Part shown: positions 20,401 through 28,200 of the stretch, in pieces | Layout of the letters: every line of letters starts with the position of its first letter | Position numbering within the stretch: the stretch's first letter is position 1 | NCBI GenBank assembly: GCA_035363255.1 | Contig: DAOSES010000005.1 | Location: 5,436 to 69,435, forward strand | Direction of reading: 5' to 3' | DNA from: Caldisericia bacterium | GTDB taxonomy: Bacteria > Caldisericota > Caldisericia > UBA6126 | Length of the DNA stretch: 64,000 nt | The notes under the pieces: generated by a model | Database searches by the model: none | What the model was told of the DNA's origin: nothing | The model's input: only the letters and a program-made list of their open reading frames with translations | Position numbers and translations under genes: made by a program

Positions 20401-22190
20401 TTGCTCAACGCAAACTCACCCTATCTCTCCCTGTAAGAATTGAAAACGATGCGGAAGTGACCATCGACATTCTATCTTCAGCCAACCTGAAAAATCCTAC
20501 CCGGGATGGAATGTACAAGCTCAAAGTTTCCAGCTCAAAGGAAAGCAATCCTGTCGAGTCGGAAGCTTATCAGATTGGAACTTCACTTCTTGGAGATGTG
20601 AAGGTTTCCCTTTCTTCCTCAGTAGTAGAAACACCCAATGTAACCTATACGGTTAGTTTCCGTACAGGAGCATATGGATCCCTTAATGTAGGCGATACCA
20701 TCACAGTTAATTTTGATAGAAGATACCGACATACCTCAATTCAGGCATATCAAGTAAGTGTAAATGGCGTTGTATTGAGTATCACCCCAGAAATCCAAGA
20801 AGGGCATATCATTGTTCTCAAAACTCCCATTGCGGTATCAGCTCAAAGCAATGTTACTCTCGCCATCAGTGGCATCACCAACCCCTCCGAAGCAGGCGAA
20901 TATACCCTTTCTCTCGCTACTCAGGCAGAACCTATGCCAGTTGTTTCAACTCCTTATCGAGTGGGTATGGTGCTGGAAACCAAAATTACTATCAATCCTG
21001 AAGAAGCCAATGGGCTTGCTGGATGGTACACCATTGCTCCCAACATCCTCTTTACCAATGAAGTCAGCTCTGCTCAGATCTTTTATTCCTGGGATCAGGG
21101 TAATTTCCAACTCTATACAGGTGGATCGATTCGAGCTCCTGAAGGGATCCATCTTTTAACCTGGTACTCCACTGCAGAAAACTTCGAAGATGAAGCCAAG
21201 CAGAGTATGCAATTCAAGGTGGATACCAAAGCCCCCATGATCAGGATCACCAAACCCGTCGAAGGATTTGTTGCCACTACCCCCACCCTCGTGGTTGAGG
21301 GCGAAGTGGACGAAGAGCATTCCTTTACAGTGAACGTAAATGAACGACCTGCTACCGTTACCGACAAGCGATTCAGCATCACTGTCACTCTCAATCCTGG
21401 TGAAAACTGGCTGGATATTGTGGCTACTGATGAAGCTGGTAATCGAAGCATTAGTCCTCGAATGCGAGTCAACTATGCGGTTCCAGCAGAAATCAAATTC
21501 AATATTACCTCTCCCAAAGCCTTGTCTTTTGTTTACCCAGAGCTCAAACCAGCTCAACTGGCAGGCTCTTTCCAACTCACTGCAGCAATTAGGGTAACGG
21601 GCACTATTCAACCTGCAAACGCCAATACGCTCAATGTAATCATCCTTGGAAAAATGGAAAAAGCATTGACCATCCCTATTGCAGCTGATGGTTCTTTTGA
21701 TGGTGTTGTTAATCTACCAGTTACTGCTGGGCTCAATGGCATCACTTTCAGTGTCACCGACACAGCAACGGGTAAGGATTATTCCACTTCAGTGGCAGTG
21801 GTTTCCAAAGTTACTGTTACGCTTCAAATCGGAAATGCTCTTGCCTTCATGAACGATAAAGAATATCGTCTGGATGCTCCTCCCTATATCAAGAATTCTC
21901 GCACCATGCTTCCCATGCGTTTTATTGGAGAATCCTTTGGGGCAACGATAGGATGGAATGCAGAACAGCGCAAGGTTTCCTACACACTGGACAACATTGT
22001 CATTGAACTCGTCATTGGCAATGTTAACGCTTCAGTAAAGCGTGGCGAAAAAACCGAACAGCATAAGCTGGATGTAGCTCCTGAAATAGTCAATGGCAGA
22101 ACATTTGTCCCAGTTCGCTTTGTTTCTGAACAACTTGGCGCAGAGATAAAATGGGACGCAAACACTAAGAAAGTAACGATAGTAAAATAA
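11460..22190 (+). CDS. giant secreted surface protein (~3576 aa): ~20 tandem ~135-aa KNP modules, 2 Big_2 domains, poly-Pro linker, C-terminal cassette with 2x Cu_amine_oxidN1
   Basis: Best start ATG 11460 (MRKGISLSIVLFLVLSQFVFVQPAAA signal peptide), preceded by RBS AAGGAG 7 nt upstream. The ORF track starts 75 nt earlier at 11385. Continuous ORF with no stops. Module ends IKNPTTTTG, VKNPTTAN, IKNPTTPG and similar. Big_2 segments near aa 2330-2500. 13x Pro. WYTIAP...KVDTKAPMIRI. Two C-terminal TMLPMRFIGESFG- and TFVPVRFVSEQLG-type repeats. Confidence 0.85.
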   Translation: MRKGISLSIVLFLVLSQFVFVQPAAALSAANVTVTPPIAGKEASYSIAFTTGALPAHEIPASTGYIRITFPSGTTIPTTITAADVTVNAVATPSNPTVSGSSVRVMVPSSITPSSPVTLLFALNAGIKNPTTTTGNLKLKVETGYLVGTTQTVIESAVDSNPYFIGSPATVTPAVNTDLSTFVEYKVVWKLGNEGALSKNSGTITLTFPPAFDMPDGAYLNAIPGTYIMVNNTRLNASATCTKALPADPLVITFTTPVDLANNATVTVLLTNQVGMKNPIAGDYTIQVKTSKENTDIQSESFAIVNAVKFNIDLDPVKPGIQGVVVDPPVVSAEAEYVIAFQNNIPLSVNVGTITIAFPTSTMLPTSIPSSAVIFDVGGVVTDLVFTPARSGNNVTITVPVNIPANSDITITFQRSLKVKNPTTANIYHLQVMTSSQPHYRVSTPYAIGTAVTGIKVTPSPDTSNTENVQYLVEFKLGANGALTANTDKIYIMLKVAAPVMPSTLTPASVLVGNDRTLVATEVENTTLPADPLLAGYQRFIVTPPKDIAANQTVKVTFLSSAGLKNPTPESLRGYVRTNKEPILSDSPFYLIVDAAEVGNIVVDPPSSGVEAGYTIPVTIGQALAKDTDTITIAFPMATTIPTSIAPGSITVNGLGLNFAPTVSGRNITFRVPANYPATTLLTIEFTKAVKIKNPTTPGLYTLQVMTSMQPNYRVSPPYGIGSSVTNVKVTPSPDTASTTNAVYVVEFKLGANGALSGNTDKIYIMLKLDAPVMPSTLSPASVLVGNDRTVISTEIENTTLPADTLPAGYIRLVVTPPKDIAANQNVKVTFLASAGLQNPLPGSLRAFVRTNKEPIVMDSAYYLIVDAVLVGNVVVDPPSTSSEASYTFPITIGRAMVKDIDTVTVAFPQSNTIPTNITPGSITVNGLPLNFAPTISSRTVTFRVPDNYIAGTVLNIVFTKSAKIKNPTTAGLYELQVMTSMQPNYRVSPPYGIGTSVSGLKITPSPQTKLSTDVQYVVEFRLGANGALRGNTDKIVLLLPLTSPLMPSTIPGSSVMVGNDLCTIAIAVENTTAPTDALPGVEYVRIIVTPPKDIASGQNVKITFLPSASLQNPNAGNWRAYARTSQEPIVVESDYYLIADAIDITAVNVNPPSVSVEAQYTITFDIGTNLNQNTGTITASFPTGTTIPTTIPTSAVQITQNAITQNLTVNPQVSGTRVIITVPMNLIANPLWPITLVFQKSAGIKNPTKPGLYTLQMMTSAQPYFRESPMYTIGSSVSAVKITPMPNTMAEQNVEYHVEFKTGAVNLRANLDQIFVWLPISGVGPSPLSPATILVNGVYTSLSTTHVLDTINAVNYQKFMITVPAEVKQNSTAKVVFLSSCALANPLAEGIYKGYVATSLEDIPIESELYGIVDSVTFPGFIPPGDLRSVLPKPNAIKLPAQYLLSFRTTIGKPTLQANIGTVSVVFPAGTKVPGTISAGSIYVSKTPTPIWAPGTPDNVVCNPPSGTVVTQPVIVSGQEVTFRTPMDIFGGETVYVLFCLSANIENPPDPGLYHLQIKTSSQPNYGISRSYLIRSTIEKPVVTPIPAVTAELAEYTIRFKLGAQGALTPNVDKIFLAFKKDPLNVNDYTTPPAGNLAPSTIRVNGVFTTAFNIVQTGPVLPPNVDNAPGWTEYRWIEIQSPMALDASQEVTIQILESAGLINPINAGNHMLVAWTNKEPVAIGSFEYILGDAIKNVTVPVSHPNPRTAGSIAEYQIEFNLGASPVSALNANVSTVTVTFPEGTILPSSINPADIKIRQGVNPFASSLPPVVISDRSIQFVVPNSIAAGSSVTVLFAKGAKISNPTTPGSYRLKVRTSSQPIDAHSNYYTILSTSGIPKVSADPAVINYENTAYTVEFTSGQNGSLSAGIDKIKIYFDPTLAGFNDNPDPYPQLNTAIPPNSIHVNGVPISSIPEKINSLTRLQYLQFFTPVDIAAGELVIVEILGLTGIKNPGVVGPYRLVIETTSEPTPVESMEFSLFSSITAPLVTLSVSDATPPKPKGTSPHAKVQVKIDFNTGPAGNLVKDIGTLSIEFPFDTYLPLAFAPGSIRVNGITLVEAPVVDLEHRKITMKTPVHIASNAAVEIIFTELAGVRNPTQPGNYTLKVASSSEPLFIRSTPYVIEGLSAASVEVDPCLFDSAMAKYHISFQNTLPILSGSTIIIEFPHGTKLPSVIQGSYVLVNGRPANVGTFPQVAVNLQTVEIKVPENIPGLSVIDIVFLPEARITNPPSGNYMLKIRTNTADPDFRFIESQPYYICQLISLASVEITPQNPTLEKNSTRAFTAIVKDDQGNEVKSGLQFNWTLEGTVGNISPNNARTVTFTAGSQAGKGKLSVQVRAYGTPDPVTASTDITIAASLASITISPSSATVQTGKTQTFTATAKDELGATLNIDVDWTLIGALGSLSPAKGKTTTFTASSTEGTGQIKASATFGGVSKEATSSITVSSEAAPPPPPPPPPPPADVQPFTVVVAPSNVRSSQAEINFSFTVSALANVDNGLFDMTIPEAFPAPILTSSSAGFVEVKGGAGVELATPISINQRTITITVTKMTRGQIFTLSYSRVTAPERPGEYVFICNGKAKADASMKEVTEQPKVTVVSASDGAGRATIQPNEASAGAIGQQFAITFIADAIMDGGAISVTIPDGWSRPSLNATSPGFIKMGEMTAEVGSLEVSGNVITLPIEKLDINQKFTILYTNVEVPKNPNTYSFLVKSKGLGGTLKPIVLNPSVKVDNTRIADGKVEVKPNMTNTPAEYSITFRSSLSGFLPKDIGKITLVFPAETTLPSSIPSDQVTVNGKVVTQAIEVDPLRSTLSLSVPEDLPSNSLIIVKFSEKANIINPKTPKEDYRIMISTTSDSIPTASANFRIVVSLLRNVKVSVSPIVPGASAAYNIKLMVGGAGALNINQDTITLVFPSDTVLPATIAANSITVNGTPLQVRPQIDIAQRKLTLSLPVRIENDAEVTIDILSSANLKNPTRDGMYKLKVSSSKESNPVESEAYQIGTSLLGDVKVSLSSSVVETPNVTYTVSFRTGAYGSLNVGDTITVNFDRRYRHTSIQAYQVSVNGVVLSITPEIQEGHIIVLKTPIAVSAQSNVTLAISGITNPSEAGEYTLSLATQAEPMPVVSTPYRVGMVLETKITINPEEANGLAGWYTIAPNILFTNEVSSAQIFYSWDQGNFQLYTGGSIRAPEGIHLLTWYSTAENFEDEAKQSMQFKVDTKAPMIRITKPVEGFVATTPTLVVEGEVDEEHSFTVNVNERPATVTDKRFSITVTLNPGENWLDIVATDEAGNRSISPRMRVNYAVPAEIKFNITSPKALSFVYPELKPAQLAGSFQLTAAIRVTGTIQPANANTLNVIILGKMEKALTIPIAADGSFDGVVNLPVTAGLNGITFSVTDTATGKDYSTSVAVVSKVTVTLQIGNALAFMNDKEYRLDAPPYIKNSRTMLPMRFIGESFGATIGWNAEQRKVSYTLDNIVIELVIGNVNASVKRGEKTEQHKLDVAPEIVNGRTFVPVRFVSEQLGAEIKWDANTKKVTIVK
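12420..14880 (+). repeat. intragenic tandem triplication of a ~0.82-kb (≈273-codon, two-module) unit inside the 3576-aa gene
   Basis: Near-identical DNA strings (e.g. atgac[ct]tc[ct]...caactaccgagtttctccccc) recur at about 12,756, 13,575 and 14,393. The proteins show ~70-80% identical 273-aa blocks (VKVTPSPDT...KIYIMLK...LKNPTP...LIVDA). Confidence 0.8.
18925..18963 (+). repeat. C-rich tract encoding a 13-residue poly-proline linker (contains a C8 homopolymer at 18934..18941)
   Basis: Sequence gct cca cct ccc ccc cct cct cct ccc cca ccc cct, translated AAPPPPPPPPPPPPPADV. Lies between the Big_2 pair and the C-terminal module block. Confidence 0.9.
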
Positions 22191-22243
22191 AAAATGATGT
22201 ATACAAGGGCATCTTTCCTTTGCAAGCATAAAGGAGGACTCAG

Positions 22244-25200
22244 ATGAAGTTAAAAAAATGGTTTAGTTTGTTCTTAAGCTTGGTGTTGCTCTATTCCTGG
22301 ATACCATTGGGCAGGGCAGCCATCAGCAATCTGATCAATACCCCCACTCCCAACACAGCGGGTTCGAACGCTTCTCAACGAATCCGATTCATTAATGCAG
22401 TCACGATACCCGTGGGTGGTCGCGTTGAAGTCACCTTTCCTCAACAGTTTGATCTGAGTAGTGGAGGAGACTGGATTCCAGCGGATATCGTTTTAAACTT
22501 TCAAGGAGGGCCAGCAGTTACGGTCAGTGATGTGATACGTAATGGTCAAAAAATCTCCTTTGGCATTGGTGGAGCTGCTTCAGGAGTTGGATTTCAGGAG
22601 TTCACCCTCAATGCGCTGAGGATTATTAATCCCCCTACCCCCGGAACTTACACCGTATCTCTCACCACTCTTGGCATCACTGGAACCCAACTGGAAGGTA
22701 CAGCCACCTCTGCTTCATTTGAAATTATACAGGATATGAGTGCCGCTTCGGTCACGGTGGAACCCGATATTGCAGGGGCTAATGCCAAGATGACCATCCA
22801 ATTTCGTCTTGGAACTGGAACTTCTCGTAGTCTATATACGGGAGATCGTATCCGTGTTGCTTTTGATGCCAATGTGGTGGATTTGACCAAAGTTACCACC
22901 GTCCCCGGCACCATCCAACGATCGTTCCTAAAAGTAAATCAATCAGCAGTTACTACTGACCCCACCATCACTCCTGGTGAGCCTGGGGTGAGTCGGGGTA
23001 TTGTGGAAGTGATCATTCCCCAAAATATCACCTCCAGCGCTACCCAGGGTGCTGCTGTAACGATTACTTTCGAAACAGGCGCAGGCATTCTCAATCCAAA
23101 CGATGCTCCCTGGACTCGACGAGTGGAAGTTACCACCCTGCGAAGTAATGGCATCACCATTATCGAAGGTCCTGTGGCCTCAAATTTCTATGCCATTCGC
23201 ACCACCGTTGCTGCTCCCAAGGTGTTTGTCAGACCTGAAATAGTTGGTATGAACGCTGAATATCATTTATCCATGAAGCTTGGAGCTAACAGCAGTTTAC
23301 TCAAAAACTCTGGAAGGATTGATGTAATTTTCCCAGAAGGCACGCAAATGCCAGCTTCTATCCCAGCTTCTGCCATTCGCATCAACACTGCAGTAGCAGA
23401 ACCTGCCTTTCCCTGCGATGGACCCGATTCCCCTCCTTTTGAGCCTTTGGTTTCGGGACATAAGGTCTCTTTTGTGATGCCAGTGGATGCAGTAGCAAAC
23501 AATTTTATTTGTATTGTTTTCAAGGCTTCCAGCGGAATAAAAAATCCCACAAGTCCTAGAGTATATCACCTACAGATTTCTACTTCCTCGGATCCCTCCA
23601 TAATATCTTCTCAAAGTTATTCCATTCGTCTTTCAGGAAGAGCCCAAGTTACTCCAGACCCTGCGAAATCCTCCGAAAGAGCTCAATATACTATCCAATT
23701 CCAGACTGGAGTCGATGGAGCCCTATATCCCTTTGGCACTGCTGGAACCAACAAAAATATTATGATTACATATCCTGCTGGTTTTATACTTCCTGCAGGA
23801 ATTGCAGCTGGCTTGATAACAGTCAATGGAGTTGCTACCACTGAAGCTGCAGTTATTGCAGCCCAGGTGATTACTTTTCCAGTTCCCCAGGTGATCGAAA
23901 ATAACTCCTCCGTCACCATAATCATTAAAAAAGATGCTGGAATCATCAATCGAAAGATTGCGGAGTCTCCTGAATATCATAGTCTTGTGATAGAAACTGA
24001 CAAAGAAAAAGGTCCCAACAAGATTATTTCTGACCAATTTATGTTGTATTCACCCATTACCGAAGTCTATGTGGTTCCTGGTGATCTTGGGGTTGGAGTG
24101 GTTAGTCGATATGAAGTCAGTTTTAAAATTGGTGATGTGGTAGAGGGTTTGAAACCCAATGACCGTATCAGCATTGAATTTCCCGCTGGCACTACCTTAC
24201 CCTCTTTTATCTCCACAGGAAATGTTCGACTTCAGAACGATGCAGGAGTTTCTCCTTCTTCTTTAATTATTGCTGGAAACACTATTCACTTGACTCTTCC
24301 AGCTACCTTTGTGCCTGTTCCTCCTCCTCCTGGCATCAACAATGTAAAAGTAATCTTTTTCCAAAGCTCGGGCATACGAAATCCCGAAAATCCAGGTTCT
24401 TATCGAGCCACGGTATATACTTCACGCGAAAATACTCCAGTTTTATCTGAGTTTTATACGATTGGTACTGTTTCGGGTCAAGTTCAAGTAACTGTTGACC
24501 CCAACAAAACGGGCTATTGCACTACCAGTGCTGAGGGTGCTCATTACACCGTCCAATTTACCACGGGTCAAACAGGTGGCGTTTCTTCCGGACAGCGTAT
24601 TATGCTGGTATTTTCTCCTGAATATGGTCCCATTTTTACCGTCAACCATCCCCTGAATCTTATTCCAGCAGGCACCATTCTTGTTAATGGCATACCTACC
24701 CAAATCAACACCACCATCGACAATGCTCCCACCCCTCAACATCCTCTTGGGTCCAAAATGCTCTCCATTATTTCTCCCGTCAGCATCAGTTCTCAAAGTG
24801 TAGTAAAAATTGATTTGCTTTCTTCTGCAAACATTGATAATCCTCCAGTGTCTATCACCCCCCAACCTTTCTTCTTACGTGTTTTTACAGATAGTGAACC
24901 CAGTGTTATCTCTGGATTGTACTACCTGATCTCAACCATTCGAGGCATTGGGGCTGGCTGTCACGATCCTCTCGGAGTGGAGTTGACCAATCAACTCACC
25001 CGCATGGGAACTGATATCAAGATATCTTTGCGTACAGGTATAGTAGGTGCTCTCAATTCTGGCTCAGACAGGCTCCGAGTGAAATTTCCAGCCGAAACTC
25101 ATATTCCCAGCTTTATTTCTGGCCAATACATTCGAATCAACACTGTGGACAATTTTGCAACCAGTGTAAGCGTTTTGAATCCCAGTATTTCTGACAAAAC

Positions 25201-28200
25201 CGTAGCTTTCGAAATTCCATATGGGCTTACCATCGGAAATAACGCTACCGTATTTATCTATTTCCAACAGGGTGGAGGCATTGTTAATCCTTCTGTTCCT
25301 GGAAACTATCAACTTTTTGTATCCAGCACCAAAGAACCAACAGAAGTTGCTTCTCTTCATTATACTATCGAAGGAATCAGCATTTCACGTCCTACCGTAG
25401 CTCCTCTTCCTACGCTGGCTGGAGCAGAAAAAACCCAATATACTATAAAATTCATGACTGGTGCTTATGGGAGTTTGAATATTGGTGATACCATCAATTT
25501 TGAATTTCCTGCTGGAACCGATATCGATCCAACACCTCCCAGAAATCCTCTAAATCCAAGAACAATCTCTGCACAACATGTTTTGGTCAATGGAGTTCCT
25601 TGTATTATTGCACCCACCGTCATTAGTGCCACGCAGGTGATGATATATAGTCCAGTGGTCGTGCCTTCCAATTCGCGAGTCACCATTCTTTTCACCAAAG
25701 ATGCCAAAATCAAAAACCCTATCGCTGCAGGAGATCTTTATACCCTCAGAATGTGGACTATGAGAGAAGGTAGCTCAAGCAATCCCTTAGTATCGGATGC
25801 ATATGAGATTTCTTCAGCTACTAAAATCACGAAACCCGTAGTTACGGTAAGTCCCTGCACCCCCTACAGCCCCTCTCGTTATGTGCTCGAGTTTTATACT
25901 CCCACCGCTATGACAGCCAATGTCGATGCTTTTGACATCGATTTCCCTTCCGGAACCTTTATCCCTTCCAGCATGGATGCTTCCAAAATATTGTTCAGCA
26001 CTCAAGACAATCAAAACGTATCCTGTCAAATTAATCCTGTGATAGCTGCCTATCGAATCACCCTCACCACCCCTATCAATGTCAATGCCAATAGCTACGT
26101 TAAAATCGATTTACTACGTGATGCCGGTCTGCAAAATCCAGTCGCAGGTAACTACAATTTACAAATTGCTACCGTTGGAGCTATCCCTCCCAATCAGAAT
26201 GAATCCTATGCTTATTACATCTGCCCGGATCTTGATTTTGGACGCTTGGAAATTACACCTTCCAGTATGCGTCTTCCTGTAGGCAAAACTCAAATTTTTG
26301 TAGCCAGAGCTTATGACACCCAGGGTCAACTCATGGATTATGGTGTGACTTATCGCTGGAATCTTTCCTCAAATATTGGTATGTTAGAAAACAATCATAC
26401 CCAGACCACCGAATTTTATGCTCGCAACATGGGTTCAGCCAATTTATCAATGGTAGCAGAGTATGGCAATCGATCCATCTCCACCAGTGTTAGCGTGGTA
26501 GTCACAGGGCCAATGACTCGAATTCAATTGACACCCTCGGGCATTACCACCTCCAAGGGCTTGAAAACTCGTTTTACGGTTCAGGCTTTTGATGCCAACA
26601 ACGAAGCTGCTGAAGGAGTTCTTTACCAGTGGACGGTAAGCCCAGAGCTTGGTGTGATCACACCTGTCCCTCTAAGCGACGAAGTTGAATTCCACGCAGA
26701 TACCGAAGGGCAATGCGTGATACGGGTAAGGGGAACACAGGGCGGTTTGGTCCAAGAAGCTGAAGCTCAGGTGACAATCAAAGTAGGTGTCAATAATCTA
26801 GTGATCATGCCCTCCCAGCTTGGCAGCAACCCTCAACCCGGAGAAATTCTTGGACCCTTCACAGTTGAGCTCCAAAATCCTTTGAATCAAACTATCCCTG
26901 CATTTACTGAAACTCCCATCACTCTATCCTCCACTACTCCCCATGGTAGATTCTCTCTTGATGGTATCAACTGGACAAGCTCCAATCAACTTCATACCTC
27001 CATTATGACCAACTTTGACAAGACTCAGCCCTTCTACTTGTGTGTCTTGGAAGCAGGAGATTGTACTATTGTTGCCTCTTCTGATGACTACAACTCCTTC
27101 TTGATGCCATTATCTGTTCGCGGACACAAAAAAGGGATGGTCTTTTTATCTCCTCCGCAAAACCTGCGTAGAAACGTTATATCTGAAAAAATCAGCATCC
27201 AGATCCAAGATATTCTTGGTCAACCCTATGCAGTCAATAAAGACACGATGATACAGCTTAACTCCTCTTCTCCCCAGGGTCAATTTTCCAAGACCATGGA
27301 TCCATGGATACCCCTCGAAAGATTCCTGCTTTCTCCAAGCCAGCACACCCTGGAATTGTATTATCGTGACTCTCGGGAAGGCACCCTGTCCATCACAGCA
27401 AGCAATCCAATCTTTGGCAGTGTTTCGCAGATATTCAATGTTGCTTCTCCTGGCGCTGTCAGTGCTCCAGAAGTTGTAGTCAAACCTGCTGTTTCTGGTT
27501 TATCCGCCAGCTATCAGATATCTTTCCATGTCGGTTTTGATGGTGCTCTGGAAGCTTCTCGAGACTTCATCGAAGTGGTGTTTCCAGAAGGCACTCGTCT
27601 TCCCCAAAGCATCCCAGCCTCAATGATAACCATCAATTCACAGAGTTTGATACAAACTCCAGTCATCAACACTTCTTTGCGAAGTATTCGCATGATAGTT
27701 CCCAGCTCCATATCCTCTACTGAACGGGTGGACTTGGTGATTCCTTCCATTACCAATCCTGAGCGTACTGGAAAATATACCCTAAAAGTAGCTACCAGTG
27801 TCCAAGCTACCTATTCCGATTCCCAGCCATACACCATCGATTATTCCACGATTTCTGATTTGAGCTGTGAAGCTGTGCCTTCTATTGCTGGATCGATAGC
27901 AGAACAGCGAATCAACTTCAAAACAGGATTAAAAGGAGCCTTGGAAGCGGAGCAGGACATCACACTCATCTTTGATTTTGCCTACGAACTCCCTGCGGTG
28001 ATCAGCTCTGCACATGTTCTATTTAATGGAATTCCCCTACCTTTTGACCCCAGTGTCAGTGGCAAGGCAATTGTCATTAAAGCTCCTCGATCCATATCAG
28101 CTGAAACTCTTGTCAATATTGTATTTAGCAAGGAATGCGGGATTAAAAATCCCCTCTATCCTGGCACTTACCATATCCAGGGCTTCACCTCCGCAGAACA

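Noticed and set aside
11651-21611. Many minus-strand ORFs (e.g. 11651..11905, 12708..13115, 16128..16502, 21113..21472, 21156..21611) and small plus-strand ORFs inside the giant genes
   Set aside because: Antisense or alternate-frame ORFs inside a continuous 10.7-kb coding frame with a coherent repetitive protein. They are a byproduct of the Thr/Pro/Val-rich codon composition and have no RBS or coding signal of their own.
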